DNA of 64,000 nucleotides from contig CBDHCQ010000004.1 in the NCBI GenBank assembly GCA_965261255.1, forward strand, positions 2,104,076 to 2,168,075, given 5' to 3'. The notes under the pieces were generated by a model. It was not told the origin of the DNA, made no database searches, and saw nothing but the letters and a program-made list of their open reading frames with translations. Shown piece after piece: positions 46,690 to 56,417 of the stretch. The stretch comes from Rhodothermales bacterium. Its GTDB lineage: Bacteria; Bacteroidota; Rhodothermia; Rhodothermales; Bin80. Numbering within the stretch: the stretch's first letter is position 1; every line of letters starts with the position of its first letter. A program made the translations under genes and the position numbers.

Positions 46690-49449
46690 TCAAGGCATTA
46701 TGGTAATTGAGTAACTGGTCAGATCCTCGGCGTATAGACCCTGGTAGGTCTGTCCATCGATCGTAAGATCATAGGGTCCCGCATCGGGCAGCCCCTCGAT
46801 CCGAATCTCCACCGGATAGGGCTCCTCATACGGCGAGGGCAGTTCGGACATCAACTTTGCGATGTCAATGGTGAGAGAGCGACCTTCCAGGTCATAGCCC
46901 TCAATGGCCAGTCCATCCACGCCTACGGCTATATCACGAGCGACATCAATGTAAACGCCTCCCAACTGTTTCAGCACATCTGCTGCGGCCATGAGACCGC
47001 CCACCTCTGCCCAACTTGGCCCTGAACGTAGTGGGGTCTGGGGAAAGCCTTCATGGTCAATATTCTCCGGCCCCAGTCCGAAGGGAAACGTGGGTGCATT
47101 GTAGATTCCGTTGGCCGTATGGCGGGGGTGCGTAACCAGCGTCAGGGATGAGCGGGCCGCCGCGACGCCGCGTTCAATGAGATCCTGGCGACCGGTCAGC
47201 AGTCCCAGACGTACCAGAATCCCCGCGAATCGGTGATCCCGCTGGTCAAGCCATTCAGCATCTCCAATCTGTGACGTGAAACCGCCAAACGGATAGGCCG
47301 TGATGATATAATGCGGCGCCCAAACCGTCTGGAGCAGCACTGCGTAGTCCGCAACCGCCTCCGCTGCATCCAGGTATAGGGGATCTCCGGTTGTTTCATA
47401 CATCGAAACGAAGCCCTCCAGCGCCCATGACATGGCCATAGCATTGCGTGGCGGCTGCCCAGTCCGATCATCGTGGAAGGTCTCGGCCTTCACCGCGCAT
47501 GAGTAAAGTGCCTCGAAGTCAACCCAACGCTGCGTAGGCAGCACTTCCGTAATGAGAAATCCTGCTGCTCGCCTGGCCGCGTCCAGGTAAAGGGTATCTT
47601 TCGTTGCACGAAAAAGCTCACTGAGCACCCATACATTCGCCCCTCCTTCCGCATTCCACCGCATGGACAACCGTGGCTCCATGTTGACATCAAACCAAGA
47701 GGGCACCGAGCCGTCGGGGGCCATTTGTTCTACCAAAAAATCCCCAAATCGCTGCGCAAACGCCAGAATGCGCGGGTCTTCCCGGCCGAGATGATAGAAT
47801 TCCATCAGGTAGCCGACCGTAACAGCTGCCGCGGCCGTGTGGTAATCCGAGGTCTCCCAGTCCCAGTAGTTGCGTGTCTCATTCGGATTGTAATCCTCCC
47901 CGGGAAAGCGCCAGAGGCTGCGCTGCCAGGACTTTTTGTCCAGGTCATACAGGGACGGAAACATCCCCTGATTCTGCGGGGCATCCAGAACCAAGTTGAT
48001 TATCCGGTCGACCTTCGCCCCGAATGATGCATCAGACAATGTCTCCCCCCAGTAGGATAACCCCATCGCATCGGCGACATTGTTCCACCAAGCTGTGATG
48101 TAGGTCAGATGAAACCATTGGGGCGCTGTCAATCGAAACATGCCCATGTCCTGCCCATCCGTTTCCCACTCCTGCCAGGACGTCCATGCCTGTGGCCCGT
48201 CCGAGGATCTCTGGACCATTATCGGCTGAGTGTCCTCGACTTCCACCGTATATCCCTTGTAGTCAAAGCTCGCCGGATAGAGGGCTCTGGCATATTCGGC
48301 AAATGGAAGTGCCTGGGGGCGTGGCCTCCGAAAATAGTGCTGACCATAGTGTTCCCACAGGAATTGGGAAACGCGCTGATAGCCGCGGTGTGCCGGTGCA
48401 TCGGAAGCCAGGAGGAGATCCATGCCGTACTGCAACTCATTGCCGGAAAGGGTGCGCACAAACGTGCCTCCGGCATTAACATGGCGCCAGTACACATGCT
48501 GCTCCGCTATTACGTCCATCAGGCCGTAGGCCAACAGGGGTTGACTGGTCATCCCTGAGACCAGCTCCAGATCCAGCACGGCTGGCAATGTTATTCTGGA
48601 CGAGTCAATCGGCACTCCAAAAATCCAACGATGCTTCTGGGGGCGGGCCCGTTCTGCATAGACCCTGTGCTCATTAATCAGATTCAGATCCGGTACAATG
48701 GCGGCAACCTGTCCGCCGGTTTGCACCATTACTGTCGGCGCAAAAAAGACACGGTCAGCAATGACATCACCGGGAGAACGCTTGTATGCGGGCGCATGAC
48801 TGAATTCCGGGGTACCTGCTTCTGCAAATGCGATTGGGGAAAGCAGATATTCCAATTGTGGCGGATCACCCTTTAGCTCAGCCCGCACATTAATCTGCAC
48901 CGAAGCCGCACCGCTGCGCAGCGTCAACGATTGCTCTATATTTGCGATTGATGTGCTTCCCGACAGCGTCACAGTTACCTGATCTTCGTCCTGCCCCGCA
49001 ATTTCAAACGTACTAAGCACCTCCGGGACGATAATTCGGTAGTCATCCGCCACTTCGAGCGCCCGACCGTGCTCATTGGACCGATCCAAATACAGCTCTG
49101 TCGTGTTCACAGGTCGCGGGGATGGCGGCCTGAAGGCCTCTGCCACCTCCACCCAAATCCCGTCCCTGGCGGCAAAAAAGTGCTGACTGACTCCAAATTC
49201 ATCTTTCTCAATGACCACCCTGACCTGCCGGTTGGAGAATTCCAAGCCGTTTGCTGTGTGATGTACATTGACCTGTGCCGATGACCCTGTAGCCAAGATG
49301 GTCATCCACAGTAGGACTATGGCGCAGCGCGCGGGGGCACAGATCCTGGCGGTATTAGCACGAAGGATGGCGGAGAGATTAGGCGCGTGGGCAGCCTTGG
49401 CAGGTCTGCCACGCGAGCTGATCAAGGGTACTGTAGTGTTAGTTGTCAT
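46690..49449 (-). CDS. Large secreted protein with an (alpha/alpha)6-toroid-like C-terminal region; putative glycoside hydrolase/lyase of unassigned family
   Basis: 919 aa with a hydrophobic N-terminal segment. The C-terminal half is rich in W/Y-containing helical hairpins (GANVWVLSELFRATKDTLYLDAARRAA..., WALEGFVSMYETTGDPLYLDAAEAVADYA). The context is sulfatases and fucP. Confidence 0.4.
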   Translation of the reverse strand: MTTNTTVPLISSRGRPAKAAHAPNLSAILRANTARICAPARCAIVLLWMTILATGSSAQVNVHHTANGLEFSNRQVRVVIEKDEFGVSQHFFAARDGIWVEVAEAFRPPSPRPVNTTELYLDRSNEHGRALEVADDYRIIVPEVLSTFEIAGQDEDQVTVTLSGSTSIANIEQSLTLRSGAASVQINVRAELKGDPPQLEYLLSPIAFAEAGTPEFSHAPAYKRSPGDVIADRVFFAPTVMVQTGGQVAAIVPDLNLINEHRVYAERARPQKHRWIFGVPIDSSRITLPAVLDLELVSGMTSQPLLAYGLMDVIAEQHVYWRHVNAGGTFVRTLSGNELQYGMDLLLASDAPAHRGYQRVSQFLWEHYGQHYFRRPRPQALPFAEYARALYPASFDYKGYTVEVEDTQPIMVQRSSDGPQAWTSWQEWETDGQDMGMFRLTAPQWFHLTYITAWWNNVADAMGLSYWGETLSDASFGAKVDRIINLVLDAPQNQGMFPSLYDLDKKSWQRSLWRFPGEDYNPNETRNYWDWETSDYHTAAAAVTVGYLMEFYHLGREDPRILAFAQRFGDFLVEQMAPDGSVPSWFDVNMEPRLSMRWNAEGGANVWVLSELFRATKDTLYLDAARRAAGFLITEVLPTQRWVDFEALYSCAVKAETFHDDRTGQPPRNAMAMSWALEGFVSMYETTGDPLYLDAAEAVADYAVLLQTVWAPHYIITAYPFGGFTSQIGDAEWLDQRDHRFAGILVRLGLLTGRQDLIERGVAAARSSLTLVTHPRHTANGIYNAPTFPFGLGPENIDHEGFPQTPLRSGPSWAEVGGLMAAADVLKQLGGVYIDVARDIAVGVDGLAIEGYDLEGRSLTIDIAKLMSELPSPYEEPYPVEIRIEGLPDAGPYDLTIDGQTYQGLYAEDLTSYSITIMP

Positions 49450-49503
49450 TGTCCTCTTTAGTCTTACCTGACCGATAGTTGGCTTTTCACTCTTTGAATG
49501 GGC

Positions 49504-50997
49504 CTATTCTTTTGGGAGATTTCGACCCATTGCCTGGTGATCCTGCTGCGAACGCAGGTGCCGCAGACTCCGGCGATCGTCCATCAAGTGCACGATCGGC
49601 AGTTGATCCGTCCCGGTCTTATCCCATGAGCCCAGCTCGGCTCGAGCACGCGCAGCCTCTGCCATTAATCGTGCCACTATTTCAGGATGGGCGGAAGCGA
49701 GATCCTGAGTTTCTCCGGGGTCCGCTTGCAAGTCATACAGCAGCGGTTGTTCAAGTTCGCGAAGCCCCGACTCCCACCAGACTAGCATCTGCGAACTGCG
49801 AGGGAGGTGCAGCTTCCAGCGACCCTCGCGGACTGCCTGCAGGTTCACACCGTTGTAGTAGTAGAATACGCGATTGTCTATCCCTTGAATCCCTTCTCCG
49901 AATAGAAGAGGGGACAAATCTCTGCCATCCACTTTGCGATCGGTAGGCAGAGCGGCCGCGGCAAGACTGGAAACTGTAGGCAGCAGGTCCATAGCATTGA
50001 CCATCGCGTCGCTTACGGTTCCCGCGTCAATACGACCAGGCCAGCGCATAATGCAGGGCACACGCATACCCCCTTCAAATGTGGTTCCCTTCCCGCCTCT
50101 GAAAGGCCCGCTAGAACCGTTGGGCCCAGGTCCGTTGTCTGATGTGAAAATCACCAGTGTATCGGCTGCCAGGCCGGATTCATCAAGCGCGTCCAGGATC
50201 TGGCCGGCACTCCAGTCTATCTCCTCAACCATGTCACCGTACACGCCACCAGGCGATTGTCCTGCGAATCTTGGATTGGGCATCCAAGGAGCATGGGCAC
50301 GCGTGTGCGACAGGTATAGCAGGAACGGGTGGCGACGATCCGCCAGCATAAACTCGACCGCTCGTTGCGTAAAGTGCTCCGTGATCGTAGTTAAATGGGC
50401 ATCTGGATCCACCACTTCATCGTTTTCCAGCAATGGCGTAGAGCCATCTGGGCTTGAATTGCCGACCATGCCGTAGAACAGGTCAAATCCGTGCCGGGTG
50501 GGATGAAATTCCGATTGCGCAGTGAACCCTTCATGCGTCTTAAAGTCAAAGTCTCGCGGAATGCCCAGGTGCCATTTGCCGACGCAGGCCGTCCTGTAGC
50601 CTTGAGCTCTGACCAGTTCGGCCACGGTCACTTCACTTTCCTGAAGCCCCAGATCGCTGTAGACCCCGCCCACCGCGAACGGTACCCCGCATCGCGAGGG
50701 ATACCGCCCTGTCAACAATGAGGCACGTGAGGGACTGCAAACCGAACAAAGGGAACGGTAATCGGTGAATCGAATGCCTTCTGCAGCGATGCGATCCAGA
50801 TAGGGCGTTCTGATCGTTTCGGATCCATAGCAGCCAAGGTCACCGTATCCCAGATCATCGGCAAAGATGAGGACTATATTGGGACCCTTAGCATTCGAAT
50901 TCCGACAGCCGGCTCCATGGATGGCCGCAGCAAAAGTGGTCAGCAGGATGAATTCCCGCCTTGTCAAAGCAACATTTCCAGGAGAGGACTGCATCAT
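49504..50997 (-). CDS. Cys-type arylsulfatase (formylglycine-dependent), Tat signal
   Basis: Carries CSPSRASLLTGRYP (the CxPxR FGly motif), IVLIFADDLGYGD, and a TRREFIL twin-arginine N-terminus. Confidence 0.9.
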   Translation of the reverse strand: MMQSSPGNVALTRREFILLTTFAAAIHGAGCRNSNAKGPNIVLIFADDLGYGDLGCYGSETIRTPYLDRIAAEGIRFTDYRSLCSVCSPSRASLLTGRYPSRCGVPFAVGGVYSDLGLQESEVTVAELVRAQGYRTACVGKWHLGIPRDFDFKTHEGFTAQSEFHPTRHGFDLFYGMVGNSSPDGSTPLLENDEVVDPDAHLTTITEHFTQRAVEFMLADRRHPFLLYLSHTRAHAPWMPNPRFAGQSPGGVYGDMVEEIDWSAGQILDALDESGLAADTLVIFTSDNGPGPNGSSGPFRGGKGTTFEGGMRVPCIMRWPGRIDAGTVSDAMVNAMDLLPTVSSLAAAALPTDRKVDGRDLSPLLFGEGIQGIDNRVFYYYNGVNLQAVREGRWKLHLPRSSQMLVWWESGLRELEQPLLYDLQADPGETQDLASAHPEIVARLMAEAARARAELGSWDKTGTDQLPIVHLMDDRRSLRHLRSQQDHQAMGRNLPKE

Positions 50998-51599
50998 TCG
51001 CCGGACTCTTTCAAGTGTGCATCCAATAACTCCACGATGTGGTCGTGGCCGTAGTGCATTGCCAGTTCCTTCGGGGTCAGGCCACCTCCCGGATTAGCCT
51101 TCGCATCCGCCCCGGCCAAAAGAAGGGCCTCAGCGAGCGCGTGGCTGCCGCTGAATGCCGCCCAATGCAAGGGGGTCCATTGTTGAGCACCATTGGCTGT
51201 TCTGAGATCTGCACCCGCAGTAATCAGTAGTCGGCCCGTGCCTTCTTGGCCTTTCATGGCGGCTCGCATAAGTGGTGTCCATCCGTCAATGCCTTCCGCC
51301 TCAACATTGGCGCCCCACTCCAGGAGCAACGATGTAATCGCCTCGTGGCCAAGTTTAGCAGCACGGTGCAGTGGGGTCCAGCTAGCAGCCCCGACCTGTT
51401 CTAGCTCCGCTCCAGCCTCCAATAGTATCTGCACCATGGTGCTGTCACCTGTTGCTGCGGCACGGTGCAACGGCGCCCAATCGCCGTATATGCCATTTAT
51501 GTCGGCTCCTGCAGCCAGGGCCGCTTGAACAGCCGTCAGGTCACCTGCCTCAATGGCGCGATGCAAATCACTGGTCGACTGCTGTATGGCCCTGTTCAT
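50994..51599 (-). CDS. Cytoplasmic ankyrin-repeat protein (about 5 repeats) embedded between two sulfatase genes
   Basis: 201 aa with no signal peptide and repeated WTPLHRAA...LLL..GA motifs. The stop overlaps the downstream sulfatase ATG (ATGA). The start lies 3 nt after the upstream sulfatase stop. Confidence 0.85.
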   Translation of the reverse strand: MNRAIQQSTSDLHRAIEAGDLTAVQAALAAGADINGIYGDWAPLHRAAATGDSTMVQILLEAGAELEQVGAASWTPLHRAAKLGHEAITSLLLEWGANVEAEGIDGWTPLMRAAMKGQEGTGRLLITAGADLRTANGAQQWTPLHWAAFSGSHALAEALLLAGADAKANPGGGLTPKELAMHYGHDHIVELLDAHLKESGE

Positions 51600-51602
51600 T
51601 TA

Positions 51603-53210
51603 CTATTCAAATACTTGGTCAGGGTGATCCATATACCACTTCCATTCAAGCTGCTCGCGTGCGTCAAGTGTGTCTTCGCGACTCAGCAGCTGGAAGCGGT
51701 ACTTTCGAAAAGCGCGCATATCCTCCTGCATGGCGCTAGACGTCGCTTCCCAGTGCGGACTGCCCAGCCATTCGTGGGGTACTGGGTAGTCAGGATGGGC
51801 TGATCCGGTGGGCCGAACACCTCGGCCAGGCTGGCCGTAGTCACCGAGTTCAGCACGTGCTTCTTCCGCCAATGCTGACAGGCGGACCACAATATCTGGA
51901 TACTGGGCGGCCACATTCCTAGTCTCACCTGGATCCTCGTGCAGATTGTAGAGCTCCGGCTGTTCCATAATGGTCGTATTGACCGCAAGCCACGGTGCAC
52001 ATTCACCGTAGATGCCCTCGCGCGACTCTGGGCGCGCTAGGTGCAGCTTCCATTCCCCCGCCCGCAGGGCCTGCAGCCAGGTCCCGGCGTAGTAGTAGTA
52101 CACTTCGTGCGGACTCTTTGCTTCCGCAGATGCCTGCATCAGAGGCCACAGGCTTTTGCCATCTATGGCGCGGTCTTGTGGCACGGAAGCGCCTGACAGG
52201 TCTGCGATTGTCGGCATGATATCCATGACGGTGACCAACTCACTACAGATTGCGCCAGCCGGGATATTGTTGGGCCATCGCATGATGCAGGGCACACGCA
52301 CGCCCCCTTCCCATGTGGTCAGTTTGCCACCTCGGAGTGGTTCCGCCGAGCCAGACTGATCTTGGAAGCCCAGCCATGGCCCGTTGTCCGAGGTATAAAT
52401 GACCAAGGTGCGCTCGTCCAGGCCCAGCGACTGCAAGTGATCCAGAATCAGCCCCGTACACCAGTCAATCTCTTCCACCGCATCTCCGTATAGCCCGGCA
52501 TCGGAAACACCTTGGAACTCCTTGCCGGGATATATGGGGATATGCGGCATCGGATGCGCCAAATAAAGCAGAAACGGCTGATGCTGACTGCGCTCAATAA
52601 ACTGCATGGCTTCACGGGTGAAGTCCTGCGTGAACTGGAAATGGTTGGGACGTTCAGTGATCTTTCGATCGTTGTAATAAAGCGGCACTGCAAAATTTTC
52701 GAATGGCTGTGTGCCATTAACGATGCGGATTCCATAGAAATAGTCAAAGCCCTGGCGATTTGGAGCGAATTTATCGTCCTGGCCCAAGTGCCATTTGCCT
52801 ATGCAGGCGGTGGAATAGCCCAATGGCTTGAGCATATCCGCAATCGTAATCTCGTCGGGGCTGAGCCCGAAGGGGGCATCGTACAAATGTACATCGGGCA
52901 CGCCGACCCGTACAGGGTAGCTTCCGGTAAGCAGCGCCGCACGCGAGGGACTACAGATCGGACTCACATAAAAGTCCGTAAAGCGCATGCCTTCGGCCGC
53001 CATACGATCAATGCGCGGGGTCCGAATATTGGGCGATCCATAGATACCTAGGTCATTGTAGCCCTGGTCGTCAGTAAAGATGATCACGAAATTCGGCAAC
53101 TGCCCACGCGCCGCCCGGCAGGCGGGTAGCCCTCCGGCCATTCCGAACAACGCCGCTGCTTGACCCACCACCTGCAGGAATTGGCGTCGATGCCAGGATC
53201 CACGCTCCAT
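51603..53210 (-). CDS. Cys-type arylsulfatase with a C-terminal extension, Tat signal
   Basis: Carries CSPSRAALLTGSYP, FVIIFTDDQGYND and an HRRQFLQ twin-arginine motif. The start is set at MERGSWHRRQF (53210); the track ATG at 53297 would add 29 residues. Confidence 0.9.
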   Translation of the reverse strand: MERGSWHRRQFLQVVGQAAALFGMAGGLPACRAARGQLPNFVIIFTDDQGYNDLGIYGSPNIRTPRIDRMAAEGMRFTDFYVSPICSPSRAALLTGSYPVRVGVPDVHLYDAPFGLSPDEITIADMLKPLGYSTACIGKWHLGQDDKFAPNRQGFDYFYGIRIVNGTQPFENFAVPLYYNDRKITERPNHFQFTQDFTREAMQFIERSQHQPFLLYLAHPMPHIPIYPGKEFQGVSDAGLYGDAVEEIDWCTGLILDHLQSLGLDERTLVIYTSDNGPWLGFQDQSGSAEPLRGGKLTTWEGGVRVPCIMRWPNNIPAGAICSELVTVMDIMPTIADLSGASVPQDRAIDGKSLWPLMQASAEAKSPHEVYYYYAGTWLQALRAGEWKLHLARPESREGIYGECAPWLAVNTTIMEQPELYNLHEDPGETRNVAAQYPDIVVRLSALAEEARAELGDYGQPGRGVRPTGSAHPDYPVPHEWLGSPHWEATSSAMQEDMRAFRKYRFQLLSREDTLDAREQLEWKWYMDHPDQVFE

Positions 53211-53302
53211 ACCGGCTTCAGTCCTGCCTTGAGGGCCCGGTTTGGGGCAATAGGTGCCGGGAAAGCGCATTAGGCCGCTAATATCTGCAACGCCCAAATA
53301 GT

Positions 53303-54349
53303 CTATAGCCCGAATGCCACGGAGACGACATGCACCGACCCAAGCAGGCCAAATTCCCAGAATGCGTACCCCAGATTGAGCGTATAGTCACTGAGGCCTA
53401 CATTGACACCGCTGCCCAGAGTAAATCCTTCCTCGTCGTAATTGAAGCGGTACCCGCCACGGATCGACAACAGGTCGCGAAAGGTGTACTCTGTCCCGAA
53501 GTTCACCTTCTCGGGGCCATCATTGGGGTGTACAAACTCTGCAGCTATCGTCAAGTGATGCAGACCGCCGGCATCGCCTTCAATTAGGTCATAGGCCGCA
53601 CCAAAGCTGAAATTGACCGGCATACGGATATCGGCTGGTTCGTACCCGATGCGCTCGTCAAAGGAAGCAATCTGCGTATCGGGACCGATGTTGCGACCTA
53701 CCATAGTGACGCGCAGACTTCGAATGCCCGTATGGAACACCGTGCCGATGTCCACTGCCCAGGCGCCGACAGTTGCGTCGTCCAGGGTTTCTGAAATGTA
53801 TTTGATGTTGACGCCGAAATGTAACTGCTCTGTCACCCTGCGGGCGTAGCTGACCCCCACGGCAAGGTCCCGAGCAGTCACGGTTCCCAGATTCGTAAGC
53901 ACCTCCGAGCGTCCGGTGGGAATGTCATCCAGTAGGATCGGCCTGTTTTCGGTACGCGGCATGTCGCCGTAGTCCAAAAACAGCAGGTTTACACCGATAA
54001 TGCCGATTCCCTCAAAGTTCCGGGCAGCAGCCGCGCTGTAGTAATTGATGTCGGCAATCCAGCGCACGTTTGTGAGTCCGATGTCAAGACCGGTTACATC
54101 CACCAGCGAGGCAGGATTAGTGAGCGACGATGCCGCATCGCCACGCCCCAGTGATGAGATGACTCCGCCCATTCCTGCTTGGCGTGCGTTGGTGGGCAGT
54201 TTAAGGAACTGGAATCCCGACTGCCCTACGCGGTTGAAGTCTGAAGGAGGAAGCCCAGTACCAGGGTCCGGGGTGAATTGAGCATACACGGGGGCCAGGC
54301 TGGCGGTCAAGAAAGCCAAGCAGGCCAATAGGAAAGTCAGTCGCTTCAT
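53303..54349 (-). CDS. PorV/PorQ-family outer-membrane beta-barrel protein
   Basis: After a signal peptide (MKRLTFLLACLAFLTASLAPVYAQ) comes GQSGFQFLKLPTNARQAGMGGV...NPASL, characteristic of the PorV/PorQ family. The start is set at MKRL. Confidence 0.6.
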   Translation of the reverse strand: MKRLTFLLACLAFLTASLAPVYAQFTPDPGTGLPPSDFNRVGQSGFQFLKLPTNARQAGMGGVISSLGRGDAASSLTNPASLVDVTGLDIGLTNVRWIADINYYSAAAARNFEGIGIIGVNLLFLDYGDMPRTENRPILLDDIPTGRSEVLTNLGTVTARDLAVGVSYARRVTEQLHFGVNIKYISETLDDATVGAWAVDIGTVFHTGIRSLRVTMVGRNIGPDTQIASFDERIGYEPADIRMPVNFSFGAAYDLIEGDAGGLHHLTIAAEFVHPNDGPEKVNFGTEYTFRDLLSIRGGYRFNYDEEGFTLGSGVNVGLSDYTLNLGYAFWEFGLLGSVHVVSVAFGL

Positions 54350-54390
54350 GAGATTACTCGGTAAGTGGGTGCGGGCAGGATTAATTACCA

Positions 54391-56367
54391 TCATTTGACG
54401 ATCAGGAACTTGCCTATGCTTGACTCTCCTTCATGTCCTTGCACATGCGATTCGATATGGTAGATATAAACACCCGGTTGAACGTTTTGGAAGAAGCGCG
54501 TCAGAAGGTAATCCCCGTGCATAGCCGAGCCCCAGGCCTCTTCTCCGAAGCCATCGTTGTGCTCAATGGTGCGCACGAGCTCCCCGGCAACAGTGTAAAT
54601 GCGTATGGTGCATTGACCAGGGATGTTCAGAAAGCTGATTCGCTTCTCCTCTGATGGATCAGAAAGCCCGCTAACCTGACGGAACGGATTCGGGATCACA
54701 AGTACCTCGGACAGATCGTTGCTCGGTGCCGGCTTGGCCGCCAGAGCGTGGAACGTATAGGCGGTGAATCCGCTTTCATTACCATCCAAATCGTAAGAGG
54801 TAACCCAATGACGGTACGGAATTCCTGGCTCGGCAGGAAGGCGGAAGGTCACCTTCCCCCCGGCGGTAAGCTCCTCCGCTTCAGCGCGTGCCAGGTCAGC
54901 GGCTTCGATCCATGGTCCTTCAATCCTTGACTCAGACCGGTATACTTTGTATCCAGCAAAGTCATTGGTGCCCGTGATGGGATCCCGGTAGCCGGGAGGT
55001 ACTGCTGTCCAGGTAAGCTCAAACCCCTGTGTACCCAGTTCTGTGTCAACGTAGAGTTCAACCTGCAACTCGTCGTCATTGCTGGCAAACGGAGCATCGC
55101 CGACCGTTGGAGGCGGAAACGCGGAGATGCCCTCATTCCAGTTGCCTGTCCGTCTGAATCCGTCTACAATATCCAGCGCCGCCTGCCAATTCGCCTTCAG
55201 ATTGACCAGTCCCTGCGACAGATAGTTTTGGGTGGCATTGAGGCCCCCTAGCTCACTGACATTGCGGTCCATTTCGCCAAGGGCAACTACACGAATGAGC
55301 TCTACTGAATCTCCAGGCGCAATATCATAGGGTCCGATCCCCAGGTTGAACGAAGGCACACGTTCATACAGGTTTCCATCTATGGTGCCGCCAGCTGTAT
55401 TGGCGTCCCGCCAGCTCATGCGGGCCTGCTGGGCCGTCATGCGGGTAAAGACGTACGTCGGATCCTGATTGGTTGGCTGCCAGAACTCTTCATCAGGTGC
55501 TCCGGGGTTCTCATTCAGGATGCGGTGGAAAATGCCCTGATAAACCATCGTCTCACCATGCTTATTGGGCGTGACATAGACAATGTTGTCCGTGAAGAGC
55601 TGCGGAGAGTACAGGCGGCGGTCAATCGAATTCTGGATTGTGATATTGCCGGGATCACCACGGTCACCGGTCTGATCGCCCGGGGAAATATCATAGGCCA
55701 CCGGCGTCTGGTTGGGCGGCATTGAGGTGTCGTCATAGAACACGAAATTGCCCTGCTCCATGCGAAAATTGCTGAACCCCGGATCCCACAGGTATTCGTC
55801 GTCAAAGGACACGCTGTACGGGATGCCCAGGCTAATATTGATGCCGTAAGCGACGCTGTAGTACCAGTTGGTGATCTGCTCGCTGCTCTGGTTGGTAAAC
55901 ACCTCCCGATGGATAATAAAGTCGTCATATTTCGGCAGACTCCACACCATTCGCTTGCGCGAAACTGTCAGGGGAATGACCGGGACTTCAGACCCGGATG
56001 GGTCCACAGACGTGACGGTCTCATACGAGTATTCTTCGGCCTCAGTCAGGCTTTCTACAAAATTGTAGTTCTTTACCTGCGTGTGATGGACGATGTTGAA
56101 GCCTGGCCAGCCACCGGTAACATGCTGCGTGCCATCCACTTCGCCCGCCCAGTAGCTGAGGTTATTGAACCAATTGGATGGCGCTTCGAAATAGCCGGGA
56201 TACGAGGCCAGCCAGATCGGCGGGTTGGGTATCGATTCACTGATGACCGTCCAGAACTTGCCCCGCGTAAAGGTGTGATCAGTGCTGCTTTGGCCAGTGA
56301 CCGCTGTGCAGGGCAGAACCAAGATCAGGACTGCGACCAGGGTGCTGTGAATTGTATGGGATTTCAT
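54391..56367 (-). CDS. Secreted hypothetical protein with an Fn3-like module and a C-terminal FlgD-Ig/T9SS-CTD-like beta-sandwich
   Basis: It has a signal peptide and YKVYRSE...GPW (Fn3-like). The C-terminal roughly 100 aa read IPNPFR...ISFLNIPGQCTIRIYTVAGELVRTIEH...GVYIYHIES...GKFLIVK, the pattern of T9SS type-A sorting / FlgD-Ig domains. Confidence 0.5.
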   Translation of the reverse strand: MKSHTIHSTLVAVLILVLPCTAVTGQSSTDHTFTRGKFWTVISESIPNPPIWLASYPGYFEAPSNWFNNLSYWAGEVDGTQHVTGGWPGFNIVHHTQVKNYNFVESLTEAEEYSYETVTSVDPSGSEVPVIPLTVSRKRMVWSLPKYDDFIIHREVFTNQSSEQITNWYYSVAYGINISLGIPYSVSFDDEYLWDPGFSNFRMEQGNFVFYDDTSMPPNQTPVAYDISPGDQTGDRGDPGNITIQNSIDRRLYSPQLFTDNIVYVTPNKHGETMVYQGIFHRILNENPGAPDEEFWQPTNQDPTYVFTRMTAQQARMSWRDANTAGGTIDGNLYERVPSFNLGIGPYDIAPGDSVELIRVVALGEMDRNVSELGGLNATQNYLSQGLVNLKANWQAALDIVDGFRRTGNWNEGISAFPPPTVGDAPFASNDDELQVELYVDTELGTQGFELTWTAVPPGYRDPITGTNDFAGYKVYRSESRIEGPWIEAADLARAEAEELTAGGKVTFRLPAEPGIPYRHWVTSYDLDGNESGFTAYTFHALAAKPAPSNDLSEVLVIPNPFRQVSGLSDPSEEKRISFLNIPGQCTIRIYTVAGELVRTIEHNDGFGEEAWGSAMHGDYLLTRFFQNVQPGVYIYHIESHVQGHEGESSIGKFLIVK

Positions 56368-56417
56368 CTGTTCAGACTCTTTCAGTTTATTGGTTGACTA
56401 CATGATTCCGGGCACCC

